Source of the DNA: an uncultured Pseudomonadota bacterium
GTDB lineage: Bacteria > Oederibacteriota > Muellerivitia > Muellerivitales > Muellerivitaceae
Assembly (NCBI GenBank): GCA_963770835.1
Contig: CAVYRH010000005.1
Coordinates: forward strand, 160,001-224,000
Length of the DNA stretch: 64,000 nt
Direction of reading: 5' to 3'
The position numbers and the translations under genes were made by a program. This document shows, in pieces, positions 38,781-48,853 of the stretch. The notes below the pieces were generated by a model. The model did no database searches. It had not been told where the DNA came from and saw only the letters and a list, made by a program, of their open reading frames with translations. Every line of letters begins with the position of its first letter. The first letter of the stretch is position 1.

Positions 38781-41700
38781 ATGAAACCTAAAGACAGCCA
38801 AAAGTCGACAGTCCGCAGTCGGCAGCAACAGCCGCAAAAAACTTGGCTGTGGACTATTATTATTTTTGGGGTTTGTTCGTGGGCAGGGGCCCAGCCGCCT
38901 ACCCCCACAGGCCTGACTGTCTTGCCGCCTTATGATGGGCAAATCAACCTCATTTGGGCGCCGGATTCCAATGCTACTCCGACCGTTTCGGAATACCAGA
39001 TAATCCGACAACTTTGGGATGCAACTTTGACTCCCACGCCCAACCCAATCGGAACGCCTACCCCGATTGCGACAGTTCCTCTTCAAACAATCCCCAGCCC
39101 AGGCACGCCGGTTTACCAGGATTTCCAGGTGACCAATGGACTAAATTACTTTTACCAGGTTTCAGGGGTGGATTCAGGCGGTAATGTGGGGGCGGCCGCA
39201 ACAGTCAACGGGTCCCCCTATTTGGGTCCCGTCGCCGTCCAGCCCGTCGGAGTCCAAAATATCCATTCGAACGCCCTGGATCTTTCCTGGGGAGTTCCCA
39301 ATTCCAGTTACCCTGTTTCCTATTATCAGGTCTACCTTTATCAATACCCTACCTACACCCCAACACCCACCGGAACCTTGGCTCAGGCGACGAATACCCC
39401 CACCCCTCCCTTTCCCGTTGCAACCGTACCGGCTTCCGCGGCTTTGAGCAATACACCCCTAGCCGCTGTTTCGGGAACGACCTATAGCGACACGACCTCC
39501 AACTCCTCAGGCTCCCCGGCCTTTTATTACGTGGTCATGGCCGTGGACAGCCAAGGACATGTGAGCACTCCTCCCGCTTCTGCCGCGGGACCAGCTTTGC
39601 CCCATAATATGGCTTCCCCTGGGCCGCCGGCGCTTTCTGTGTTGGTTGGCCCAGCGGTTTCCCCGACTATTATTCCTTCGGGGTATGGCGCCCGGCTCGT
39701 TTGGACGGGTTCGCTTACTTCTGAAGGCGTGACGGTTTATCAGGTTTTTCAGAACAGCACGCCCATTGCCACCATTCCTTATCAACCAGCAACGCCCACC
39801 GTTACTTATGATGACACGACCCTTCCGGAGGGAAACGGATCCTTGGCGGTCACTTACAGCGTGGTTGCAGTTAATACTTACGGGGTCGGTACTTCCAACA
39901 GCGTTTCGGTTTCTTTGATCGCGGCCAATGAGTCCACGAATATTCAAGTTACGCCCAACGCCACTTCGGGCGCCGTTACAATTACCTGGAACCCCGCGAC
40001 GCCTGGAATCTATGGGCTAGTCGGATACCGTCTCTATAAGAGCCTCTTTGGGGTCCCGACCTTTAATCAGACGCCTATCCCATCCATAAGCCCGACGGCC
40101 ACATTGACACCCACGCCCTTTGCCATTGTGACTTTCAATCCCTCGGCCACCTTTACCCTGACCCCTTACGTGGATTCCCCGCCTCCCAATCTCAACCACA
40201 TGAACTATTGGGTGGAGCCGGTGGATGCGACGGTGCATGGGGGGTTCACGAACTCAGCTTCAACCCCCGCGCTTAATCTCGCGCCAACGCCTCCGTCCTT
40301 TCCCGGCGTGGCCCCCCCGGTGGGGAACAACCAAATCGCGGTCTCCTGGACGGCTGGAGGCGCGGGATTTTTTGGAACACCGGTGGATTATGTTGTTTAC
40401 CGGGTCATCTTGGGAAGCCCTACTCCTACTGTTCAAGCGGTTGCAACCGTTGGGTTCACACCCACCGCAACCCAGGTGAGTTATACCGATATCGTGCCTG
40501 GAGCTACTCCAGGGACGGAAATTGATTATCAGATCGGACTGGTGGACGTGATGGGGAACACCTCGGACCTTAGTACCTTAGGAAACCAGGTTTTCTCAAC
40601 GGGAGTGACAGTACCGGCCGCTCCCACTGTACTTCCGATGGCTGGGTCGGCGGCTTCAATTCGTTTTTGCTGGTTGAATAATCCCCTTGCGGATAGTGTG
40701 ACAAGTTATTCGGTTTTCGGCCCGGACTTGCCAACCATAACCCCAATTGCAACCCCACTCGCCGTGGTTTTTGTCCCCCCACTCTCCACTCCGACCCTGG
40801 TTTTCGCACCCACTCCAAACCCTTGGGCGGCCACCTTTTACTATCTTTCGGCCCAGAATAGTGTGGGTTCTAGCGCGCCAGCCACCCTTTCTGGAATTCC
40901 AGTGCCGCTTTATACGGTAACCGCAGTCATTCCTCCGGGTACACGGCAGGCCCAAGTGTCGTGGACAATGGTACCCGCACCGGTTTCAACGCCATTCGTG
41001 GATAGCTATGGGATTTACCGTTCCTTGCAACCCACTGCGTGTTTTACACCCATTGCCACGGTGATCATTCCGGGCGGGTCCTACACGGATGTGTTGCCGG
41101 CGGCCACGGCGGGTGTCAGTTATTACTACCGCGTCACGGCAAGGGCGGACGACCTCAACGGGCATTTGGCGGAGAGCTCGCTCCATCCCGCTATGACCCC
41201 AGATCCCCTTGGAAGTATCCAGGCCTGGCCCAACCCGCCCAGCGGTTTCACGGCTTTATCAGGTGTAACCCAAACTACCCTAAATTGGGCTGAGAATACT
41301 CCGCAGGAAGGTGTGACAAGCTATACGGTTTATTGGTATGGGACGGGGACTCCAACACCAATCGCTACTGTTTTGGCTACACAAGGCCCTTCGACGGTTT
41401 ATTCTTTCGTGGCTACTGAAACACCTGGAAACCAGTCTTCTTACGATGTAGTGGCGAATAATCCCTCTGGGCCGAGCGATGCGTCCCAATCCATTACGGT
41501 CTTGGTGCCCCCCTCCATGACACCCAACATTGCTCTTTCGCCACCAACTTGGTTTGTCCCTGCGGCCACGATCACGCCGGGGGTCTGGATATCGGGGTTC
41601 ACTTATCCCGGTGCTGTAAGTGGTTATTCCGTCTATTGGTTAAGCATTCCTACACCGGGGGGAACAATCACCCCCTCGCCCACTCCCGCCTATATATCTG

Positions 41701-43454
41701 TCGGGTCAGTGGTGGAGGGTATATCGACACCGGTCATCGAAGCTTCGCAAATGGCCGTAGGTTACGTGAACAATTACCAAGTTGTGGCCAATAACGGAGG
41801 ATCTGTTACCGCAGTGTCAACTATTTCCGCACCATTAACTGTCGCCCTTTGGCCCGCAGCGCCCAATCCAACCTTATTACCAAGCAACAATTCGGTTACG
41901 GTGGCCTGGGGCACACCGGTGGGCAATGTCACTGTAACCAGCTACGACATCTATCGGAACATTTACCCCACCATGACCCCGGTAATGATTGCCTCGAACC
42001 TGTCTTCCGCCACTACGGTTTACCCGGATTCGCCATTGACCAATGGCACGGCCTACCTCTATTGGATGGATGCCCAGAATGCATCGGGGGGGGTGAGTTA
42101 TTTTTCGGCTCCCCAAACCATCATTCCCCTGCAGCAGGCGCCCACCATCGCCATTACGCCATTACCCGAACGAAACCAGATTTGTTGGCTCCCGATTTCA
42201 GTGCCGACGACCAGCCCGGTCACGGGCTTTGCGGTTTACCGGGCCATCCCGACTCCCGGTGTTGTACCCAACTTCGTTGTGTTGCCGGGGGGAACCCTCG
42301 TGGAACCCCTCTCCAACACCAGTTACGTCGATGCGACGGTTAGCGATGGAGTGTCTTACCTATATGAGGTGGCTCCTACCTCGGCAAACGGCATTTTGGG
42401 GCCCTTTTCCAATCAAGCGGCCGTCAATGTTTTTCCCCAGCCGGTTACTGACCTTGTCGCCGCTTCGGGGGATACGCTGGTTCAACTGAGGTGGGAATAC
42501 CAAGGGGTAGCGAATAACACCTATTTCATTACGCGTAAATTAGGGACCGCGCCCAATAGTTCAGCCCAGACCCTGAGGACGGGTTTCCAGGGGTTGAATT
42601 TCAATGACTCTGGTGTCGTCGACAAAAATTTTTATATTTATAACATTTACACGGTGGACGCCAATGGATTGACTTCCAATACTTCCGCGGCAGTGACGGC
42701 CCTTCCGGCAGCGGGACCGGCCCTTCCCCTTGTGTCAATACAAGGATCGAACGGTTCAATAACCACTGCTCCCGTGACCTTGACACAAAATACGGTTAGT
42801 ACCCAGACCGCGATTGGGAACTCTCTTAGCTGGGGCGGGGCCGACCAAGCCAGCGGACCAGCCTCATTCAACTCCCAAACCATGTATCCCCTGGGTGGAT
42901 ATGAAGTTTCCAGTTCCTCGGATGGCGGGAATGTTTACCAAATCCTTGCGACCCTTCCGGTTACTCTTGTGAATGGATATCCAGCCCCGGTTGTTGGCTA
43001 TTTTGACCAAGTACAGTTGGTAAGTGGAAGTACCTATTCGTATTTGGTCCAGGCTTTTGACAATCCGCCGGATCTTCCGGTGCCGCTTTCCCAGGCGGTT
43101 ACCGAGGGATGGGTTCACGTTGTACCCTATCAACCGGTGAACGCCTATCCTATCAGTCCCAATACGGCCTTGGACCGGAACGCCATCCGGCCCTTCGGGG
43201 CCAGCAATGAACAGATCGTGAACATCCGCTTTGTGGTCACTTCGAAAGGAAACGTGGATATCAAGGTTTACACTTTGGACGGCACCTTCGTAAAGGAATT
43301 GGTAAACCAAAGTTACTCCCAACCCGGCATTTATTGGACTAAGTGGGACGCCCGCAACCGGATCGGTAACCTGGTGGCCTCTGGAGTTTATCTTGTCACC
43401 ACCGAATCCCCCGGTGGGCACCAGGAGTTTGAAAAAGTTGCAGTTATTAAATGA
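38781..43454 (+). CDS. Large secreted protein with about 13 FN3-like domains, Pro/Thr-rich inserts and a C-terminal FlgD-Ig/T9SS-CTD-like domain
   Basis: Signal peptide ending AGA-Q. Repeated (L/I/V)xW...Yx(V/I)YR...YxD...YxYxVxA units. C-terminus VDIKVYTLDGTFVKEL..WDARNRIGNLVASGVYLV..EKVAVIK. Confidence 0.8.
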   Translation: MKPKDSQKSTVRSRQQQPQKTWLWTIIIFGVCSWAGAQPPTPTGLTVLPPYDGQINLIWAPDSNATPTVSEYQIIRQLWDATLTPTPNPIGTPTPIATVPLQTIPSPGTPVYQDFQVTNGLNYFYQVSGVDSGGNVGAAATVNGSPYLGPVAVQPVGVQNIHSNALDLSWGVPNSSYPVSYYQVYLYQYPTYTPTPTGTLAQATNTPTPPFPVATVPASAALSNTPLAAVSGTTYSDTTSNSSGSPAFYYVVMAVDSQGHVSTPPASAAGPALPHNMASPGPPALSVLVGPAVSPTIIPSGYGARLVWTGSLTSEGVTVYQVFQNSTPIATIPYQPATPTVTYDDTTLPEGNGSLAVTYSVVAVNTYGVGTSNSVSVSLIAANESTNIQVTPNATSGAVTITWNPATPGIYGLVGYRLYKSLFGVPTFNQTPIPSISPTATLTPTPFAIVTFNPSATFTLTPYVDSPPPNLNHMNYWVEPVDATVHGGFTNSASTPALNLAPTPPSFPGVAPPVGNNQIAVSWTAGGAGFFGTPVDYVVYRVILGSPTPTVQAVATVGFTPTATQVSYTDIVPGATPGTEIDYQIGLVDVMGNTSDLSTLGNQVFSTGVTVPAAPTVLPMAGSAASIRFCWLNNPLADSVTSYSVFGPDLPTITPIATPLAVVFVPPLSTPTLVFAPTPNPWAATFYYLSAQNSVGSSAPATLSGIPVPLYTVTAVIPPGTRQAQVSWTMVPAPVSTPFVDSYGIYRSLQPTACFTPIATVIIPGGSYTDVLPAATAGVSYYYRVTARADDLNGHLAESSLHPAMTPDPLGSIQAWPNPPSGFTALSGVTQTTLNWAENTPQEGVTSYTVYWYGTGTPTPIATVLATQGPSTVYSFVATETPGNQSSYDVVANNPSGPSDASQSITVLVPPSMTPNIALSPPTWFVPAATITPGVWISGFTYPGAVSGYSVYWLSIPTPGGTITPSPTPAYISVGSVVEGISTPVIEASQMAVGYVNNYQVVANNGGSVTAVSTISAPLTVALWPAAPNPTLLPSNNSVTVAWGTPVGNVTVTSYDIYRNIYPTMTPVMIASNLSSATTVYPDSPLTNGTAYLYWMDAQNASGGVSYFSAPQTIIPLQQAPTIAITPLPERNQICWLPISVPTTSPVTGFAVYRAIPTPGVVPNFVVLPGGTLVEPLSNTSYVDATVSDGVSYLYEVAPTSANGILGPFSNQAAVNVFPQPVTDLVAASGDTLVQLRWEYQGVANNTYFITRKLGTAPNSSAQTLRTGFQGLNFNDSGVVDKNFYIYNIYTVDANGLTSNTSAAVTALPAAGPALPLVSIQGSNGSITTAPVTLTQNTVSTQTAIGNSLSWGGADQASGPASFNSQTMYPLGGYEVSSSSDGGNVYQILATLPVTLVNGYPAPVVGYFDQVQLVSGSTYSYLVQAFDNPPDLPVPLSQAVTEGWVHVVPYQPVNAYPISPNTALDRNAIRPFGASNEQIVNIRFVVTSKGNVDIKVYTLDGTFVKELVNQSYSQPGIYWTKWDARNRIGNLVASGVYLVTTESPGGHQEFEKVAVIK

Positions 43455-43461
43455 AAATAAA

Positions 43462-44196
43462 ATGGTAAATACGGGTTTCCTCGACTTTCTTTTTCCCAAG
43501 GCCTGCCAACGGTGCGGGGAAGGGTTTCGGGAGGGACTTTCCAATATTCTTTGCAAGGCTTGTTTTGATTCTATTCCCGCTTATGAAGACCCTGTTTGTG
43601 ACCATTGCGGGATTTCACTGCTTGCCAGATCCTTTGAGGACGCGCTCCGGTTTCGATGCCGCGACTGCGGCGAGGATAATTATTTTTTGGATAAGGTCCG
43701 GGCGGTTGGATCCTATGACGGGGCGTTGAGGATCGCCCACCATGGGTTTAAATTCGAGGGCATGGAGTTTTTGAAGCTGGCCTTGGCGGGGAGGATGGTT
43801 TCTTCCTCCATTCCGGCTTTCTGGGGGGAGGTTGAGGCCTTGATACCCGTGCCCCTCAGCGCTGAACGGGAAAGGGAAAGGGGTTACAATCCCGCGGCCC
43901 TCCTGGCGGTAGAAATCTCGAAAATAATTCGAATCCCATTTCGACCAATGCTCCGGAAAATAAAATCGACCAAACCGCAAATGTCCCTGACACGGGAAGA
44001 ACGGTTAAGGAATCCAAAAGGTGCTTACCAAGTTAAGGATGAAGGACCGGTTCCGCTTAAAGTGATCTTGGTGGACGACGTTTTCACTACCGGAGCCACT
44101 CTGGAAGAATGCGCCAAAGTTCTAAAAAAATCTGGAATAACTTGGGTAGGAGCAATTGTCTTTGGCAGGACACAACACCACTACCGGCAAATTTAA
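43462..44196 (+). CDS. comF: ComF family protein (double zinc ribbon plus phosphoribosyltransferase domain)
   Basis: LDFLFPKACQRC, four CxxC motifs, IPVPL..RERGYNPA and LVDDVFTTGATL. Confidence 0.92.
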   Translation: MVNTGFLDFLFPKACQRCGEGFREGLSNILCKACFDSIPAYEDPVCDHCGISLLARSFEDALRFRCRDCGEDNYFLDKVRAVGSYDGALRIAHHGFKFEGMEFLKLALAGRMVSSSIPAFWGEVEALIPVPLSAERERERGYNPAALLAVEISKIIRIPFRPMLRKIKSTKPQMSLTREERLRNPKGAYQVKDEGPVPLKVILVDDVFTTGATLEECAKVLKKSGITWVGAIVFGRTQHHYRQI

Positions 44197-44283
44197 ATTT
44201 AGACAAATTCAATTTCGAAACTCGACAATTTTCCTATTTCGATCAAACGTCATGATTGCCTTCGACATCCATGATGCCTGCTC

Positions 44284-44312
44284 TTGACCACTTAAACCCC
44301 ATATGCTAGCTT
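44284..44312 (+). promoter_or_regulatory. Putative sigma70 promoter for the gap operon
   Basis: TTGACC-N17-TAGCTT with a TG extension. Confidence 0.55.
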
Positions 44313-44346
44313 GGCCGCTCTTAATCCACTCTTTTGGGAGGATTCT

Positions 44347-45354
44347 ATGGCAATCAAGGTCGGTATCAACGGTTTTGGCCGTATCGGGCGCAATGTTTAC
44401 CGCGCCGCGATGAATAACAAAGACATTGATATTCTTGCGGTCAACGACCTCACGGACGCGAAAACACTAGCCCACCTTTTGAAATACGATTCCGTGCTGG
44501 GAAACCTCCACGCGGACGTGAAGGCTGGCGACGGGACCGTCATCGTGAACGGCAAGGAAATTAAGGTTTACGCCGAAAAAGATCCGGCCGCCATTCCCTG
44601 GGGCAAGCACGGCATCGAGTACGTGGTTGAATCCACCGGCCGCTTCACCGACAAAGAGAAGGCTGTTGTCCACATCAAGGACAGCGTCAAGAAGGTCATC
44701 ATTTCCGCGCCCGCTAAAGGCGAGGATATTACCATTGTCTTGGGCGTGAACGAAGACAAGTACGATCCCAAGAACCACCATGTTGTTTCCAACGCTTCCT
44801 GCACCACCAACTGCCTGGCACCGTTCGCCAAGGTGCTCCACGACAAGTTCGGCATCGTTAAGGGATTGATGACCACCATCCATAGCTATACCAACGACCA
44901 GGTCATCCTGGACTTTCCCCATAAGGACCTGCGCCGCGCCCGCGCCGCGGCCCTGAATATGATCCCGACCTCCACGGGGGCCGCCAAGGCCATCGGCTTG
45001 GTCATGCCGGAGATGAAGGGAAAATTGGACGGGTTGTCCATCCGCGTGCCGACCCCGACGGTTTCGGTGGTCGACTTGGTGGTGGAGTTCACAAAAACCG
45101 TCACGAAGGATGACATCAACAACGCTTTAAAAGAGGCGGCAAAGAGTCCCAAACTGGATAAATACCTTGATGTCACCGACGAGCCCTTGGTTTCGATGGA
45201 TTTCAAGGGGAACCCCCACTCCTCGATCGTGGATGCCCAATCCACCTTCGTGAGCGGCGGAAATATGGTGAAAGTGCTTTCCTGGTACGACAACGAATGG
45301 GGTTATTCAAACCGGGTCGTGGACCTAATCGAGTATATGGCCTCCAAACACTAA
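44347..45354 (+). CDS. gap: Type I glyceraldehyde-3-phosphate dehydrogenase
   Basis: [22 protein letters not shown] and [15 protein letters not shown] ribosome-binding site before ATG 44347. Confidence 0.98.
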   Translation: MAIKVGINGFGRIGRNVYRAAMNNKDIDILAVNDLTDAKTLAHLLKYDSVLGNLHADVKAGDGTVIVNGKEIKVYAEKDPAAIPWGKHGIEYVVESTGRFTDKEKAVVHIKDSVKKVIISAPAKGEDITIVLGVNEDKYDPKNHHVVSNASCTTNCLAPFAKVLHDKFGIVKGLMTTIHSYTNDQVILDFPHKDLRRARAAALNMIPTSTGAAKAIGLVMPEMKGKLDGLSIRVPTPTVSVVDLVVEFTKTVTKDDINNALKEAAKSPKLDKYLDVTDEPLVSMDFKGNPHSSIVDAQSTFVSGGNMVKVLSWYDNEWGYSNRVVDLIEYMASKH

Positions 45355-45380
45355 AAAGCTTTATTGGCTAAGGATGTTTT

Positions 45381-45806
45381 ATGCATCCAGTCGTATGGTG
45401 GGTTGCGACGGCGGTCGTTTTTTTCATCCTGGAACTGACGACCGCCTCTTTTTTCTTCCTTTGGATCGGGGCCGGTGCGGTCCTTACGGCCGTATTGAGC
45501 CTGTTTGTCGACAAAGACTGGATTGAGTACCTCACCTTTGTTCTTTCTTCCCTCCTTTTGGTCGGCCTCAGTCGCCGTTGGGCGCCCCGTTTTTCCGGAA
45601 AAACCCAAAGAGCCGCCAATGTAGACGCTCTTGTCGGTCAAACCGCCCATGTCATCAAAATTGAAAAGAACCAGCCCTCGCAAGGTTACGCAAAGGTAGG
45701 GGGCGAATTTTGGAAAGTGGAATCGGAAAACCAGGAACCCCTAAAGATCGAGGGTGAAGTCAGTGTGGTTTCCGTAAAAGGGAATGTACTAGTCGTTAAA
45801 GTCTAG
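45381..45806 (+). CDS. Short NfeD/YbbJ family membrane protein
   Basis: Three hydrophobic helices plus an OB-fold-like tail (LVGQTAHV..GYAKVGGEFW..VVSVKGNVLVV). Adjacent to an SPFH gene. Confidence 0.85.
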   Translation: MHPVVWWVATAVVFFILELTTASFFFLWIGAGAVLTAVLSLFVDKDWIEYLTFVLSSLLLVGLSRRWAPRFSGKTQRAANVDALVGQTAHVIKIEKNQPSQGYAKVGGEFWKVESENQEPLKIEGEVSVVSVKGNVLVVKV

Positions 45807-45827
45807 TTTTTTTGAAAGGAGTTTCAC

Positions 45828-46754
45828 ATGGAAATCCTCGCGGGTCCGGTTCTTATTATCCTCGTTATTTTTGTACTGATTTACGTGTCGCGCGCCATCC
45901 GAATTGTCCGACCCTATGAAAAAGGGCTGATCGAACGCGTTGGGAAATACACGCGGACTGCCGAATCGGGTCTTACAGTCTTATTCCCGCCTTTTGAAAA
46001 CATGCGCAAGGTGGATATGCGCGAGCAGGTGATCGAGGTTCCGCCCCAAGAGGTCATCACGAAGGACAACGTGGTGGTCACCGTGGACGCCATCATTTAT
46101 TTCCACGTGACCGACCCCTTCAAAGTGGTTTACAACGTGATGAATTTTATCCAAGCCGCCTTGAAATTGGCCCAAACCAACCTGCGCAATACCATTGGCG
46201 AACTCGATTTGGACCAAACCTTGAACAGCCGCGAACGCATCAACACCCAGTTGCGGGAAATCCTGGACGAGGCTACGGACAAATGGGGCGTGAAGGTCAC
46301 CCGGGTGGAAATTCAAAAGATCGACCCCCCGGCAGACATCGTCAACGCCATGAGCGCCCAGATGAAAGCCGAGCGGACCAAGCGCGCCGCGATCATCGAG
46401 GCGGAGGGTATTAAGCAAGCTGCTATTACGACGGCGGAGGGGCAGAAACAATCCGCCATTTTGAAGGCGGAAGGCGAGGCCGGGGCCATCGAGAGGGTTG
46501 CGACAGCCAACAAGTTCCAAAAAATTGCCCTGGCGGAAGGGGAAGGCCAAGCGATCTTGACCGTCTTCAAGGCCATCCATGATGGGAACCCCACGCAGGA
46601 CCTGCTGGCGTTGAAATACATGGAAATGTTGGGGACCGTGGCGGATGGTCAAGCGACCAAGATTTTTCTTCCTTTGGAGGCTTCCGGCACGTTAGGGGCT
46701 TTGAGCACTATCGCGGAAGCTTTTAAAACGGATTTGAAAACAAAGGCCAAGTAA
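45828..46754 (+). CDS. SPFH/band-7 (stomatin/QmcA-like) protein
   Basis: QEVITKDNV, AQTNLRNTIG, WGVKVTRVEI and QMKAER..AEG repeats. Confidence 0.92.
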   Translation: MEILAGPVLIILVIFVLIYVSRAIRIVRPYEKGLIERVGKYTRTAESGLTVLFPPFENMRKVDMREQVIEVPPQEVITKDNVVVTVDAIIYFHVTDPFKVVYNVMNFIQAALKLAQTNLRNTIGELDLDQTLNSRERINTQLREILDEATDKWGVKVTRVEIQKIDPPADIVNAMSAQMKAERTKRAAIIEAEGIKQAAITTAEGQKQSAILKAEGEAGAIERVATANKFQKIALAEGEGQAILTVFKAIHDGNPTQDLLALKYMEMLGTVADGQATKIFLPLEASGTLGALSTIAEAFKTDLKTKAK

Positions 46755-46784
46755 AAACACCCAAGTTTCCAGAAAGGAACAAGG

Positions 46785-47990
46785 ATGGTTTCTTACAACA
46801 AATTGACGGTTGAAGACTTGAATCCGGCGGGGAAAAGAATCCTAGTTCGTGTGGATTTTAATGTCCCCTTGGATGATGCCTTGAAAATCACCGATGACAC
46901 CCGTATCCGCGAATCCTTGAAAACGATTCAGTACTTGTCCGATAAGGGAGGCAAGGTCGTCCTTTGCTCCCACTTGGGCCGGCCCAAGGGTGTGGATGAA
47001 AAGCTTCGTTTAAAACCGGTAGCAGACCGTCTTTCCGAGTTGTTGAAGAAGCCGGTTAAGGTGCTCAAGGAATGCGTGGGACCTGAGGTTGAAAAGGAAG
47101 TCGCCGCCATGAAAAACGGCGAGGTCATTCTTTTAGAAAACGTTCGGTTTCATGCCGAAGAGGAGAAAAATAATCCGGACTTTGCCAAGAAATTGGCGGC
47201 CCTCGCCGATATTTATGTTAACGACGCATTTGGGACCGCCCACCGGGCCCATGCTTCCACCGAGGGGGTTACGAAGTTCGTCCCGCAATCGGCGGCTGGG
47301 TTTTTAATGATGAAGGAAATTAAATATTTGGGCGGTGCCTTATCCAAGCCGGCCCGGCCTTTCGTCGCTATCATCGGTGGGTCCAAAATTTCCTCCAAGA
47401 TCGATGTAATCCAAAACCTCATAAAAATCGTGGATGTGCTGATCATCGGGGGGGGTATGGCCTATACCTTCCTGAAGGCCCGCAAATTCGAAATCGGAAA
47501 GTCCCTCGTTGAAAATGACAAGATCGACCTGGCTAAGGAATTGATGGGTCAATCCATCGATACGGATGTTCCTCTTCTCCTGCCAATTGACCACGTGATT
47601 GCGGATAAATTTGACGCCAAGGCCAATGTCAAAGTTGTGCCGCGGGGCGGTATTCTTCCCGAATGGGAAGGTATGGATATCGGCCCGGCCACAGTTGAGA
47701 AATACGCGAATTTCATCCGGACCGCCAAAACCATCTTCTGGAACGGTCCGGTCGGGGTATTTGAAATGGAACCCTTTGCTAAGGGTACTTTTGCCATCGC
47801 AAAACTGTTGGCTGAGGACTCTGGGAAGGGTGCAACGACGATTGTTGGCGGTGGTGATTCGGTGGCTGCCGTCACACAAATGGGTCTCGCTCCTAAGATG
47901 TCACACATTTCCACCGGAGGCGGAGCATCCTTGGAGTTTATGGAAGGGAAACAGCTTCCAGGGATTGTCGCCTTGACCGACAAAAATTAA
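46785..47990 (+). CDS. pgk: Phosphoglycerate kinase
   Basis: [31 protein letters not shown] and STGGGASLE. Confidence 0.98.
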   Translation: MVSYNKLTVEDLNPAGKRILVRVDFNVPLDDALKITDDTRIRESLKTIQYLSDKGGKVVLCSHLGRPKGVDEKLRLKPVADRLSELLKKPVKVLKECVGPEVEKEVAAMKNGEVILLENVRFHAEEEKNNPDFAKKLAALADIYVNDAFGTAHRAHASTEGVTKFVPQSAAGFLMMKEIKYLGGALSKPARPFVAIIGGSKISSKIDVIQNLIKIVDVLIIGGGMAYTFLKARKFEIGKSLVENDKIDLAKELMGQSIDTDVPLLLPIDHVIADKFDAKANVKVVPRGGILPEWEGMDIGPATVEKYANFIRTAKTIFWNGPVGVFEMEPFAKGTFAIAKLLAEDSGKGATTIVGGGDSVAAVTQMGLAPKMSHISTGGGASLEFMEGKQLPGIVALTDKN

Positions 47991-48011
47991 GCTAGTTTAG
48001 AAAGGAACCGG

Positions 48012-48764
48012 ATGTCACGCACACCTATTATCGCCGGAAACTGGAAGATGTATAAGACGGTCAAAGAGTCGGTGAATTTTGTAAAACTGCTTCACGAGAA
48101 GCTGAAAGACGTGAAGGACCGCGAGATCCTGATCTGTCCGACCGCGCTTTCGGTGCCTGCGGTTTCCGAAGCCTTGCGGTTTTCCAATATCCAAGTAGGG
48201 TCGCAAGACGCCCATTGGGAAAACGAGGGAGCTTACACGGGTAACATCAGCCCCTCCATGTTCAAAGAAGTAGGAGCGAAGTATATTATTTTAGGCCATT
48301 CGGAGAGACGTCAATACGATAATGATACGGACCCGAGGATCAACGCTAAGCTTAAAAATGTGCTCCGTAACGGTTTGAAAGCCATTGTTTGCGTAGGCGA
48401 AACCCTGTCGGAAAGGGAAGCGGGTAAAACGGAAAAAGTTGTCGAGACTCAAGTGAATGGGTGTTTTGAAGGTATAGGTCTGGGGGACTTGGTGAATATC
48501 GTGATCGCCTATGAACCGGTTTGGGCCATTGGAACAGGAAAAACAGCGACACCCGAGCAGGCGAACGAAGTCCATGCTTTTATCCGCCAGTTGATTGGCA
48601 AAAAATACAACTTGGAGGCGTCTGAAAAAATCCGCATCCAATACGGCGGAAGCGTCAAACCCGAAAATATTAAGCAGCTGATGTCCCAGCCTGATATCGA
48701 TGGGGCTTTAGTCGGCGGGGCCAGCCTGAAAGAGGACTCTTTCACCACAATCGTCAAGTTTTAA
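48012..48764 (+). CDS. tpiA: Triosephosphate isomerase
   Basis: AGNWKM, GHSERR, AYEPVWAIGTG and YGGSV. Confidence 0.98.
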   Translation: MSRTPIIAGNWKMYKTVKESVNFVKLLHEKLKDVKDREILICPTALSVPAVSEALRFSNIQVGSQDAHWENEGAYTGNISPSMFKEVGAKYIILGHSERRQYDNDTDPRINAKLKNVLRNGLKAIVCVGETLSEREAGKTEKVVETQVNGCFEGIGLGDLVNIVIAYEPVWAIGTGKTATPEQANEVHAFIRQLIGKKYNLEASEKIRIQYGGSVKPENIKQLMSQPDIDGALVGGASLKEDSFTTIVKF

Positions 48765-48853
48765 CGTAAAGTTGAACAGGTTTAAAAGTTTTATTGGCAC
48801 ATTGGGGTTGGTTTCATTTAAAATGAATCCACTTTTAGAACTTGAGGGGTTCC

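Noticed and set aside
44197..44280. Short imperfect direct repeats (GACAA..ATTTCGA; CATGAT-GCC) upstream of the gap promoter
   Set aside because: AT-rich with inconsistent spacing and no match to an operator consensus I can support.
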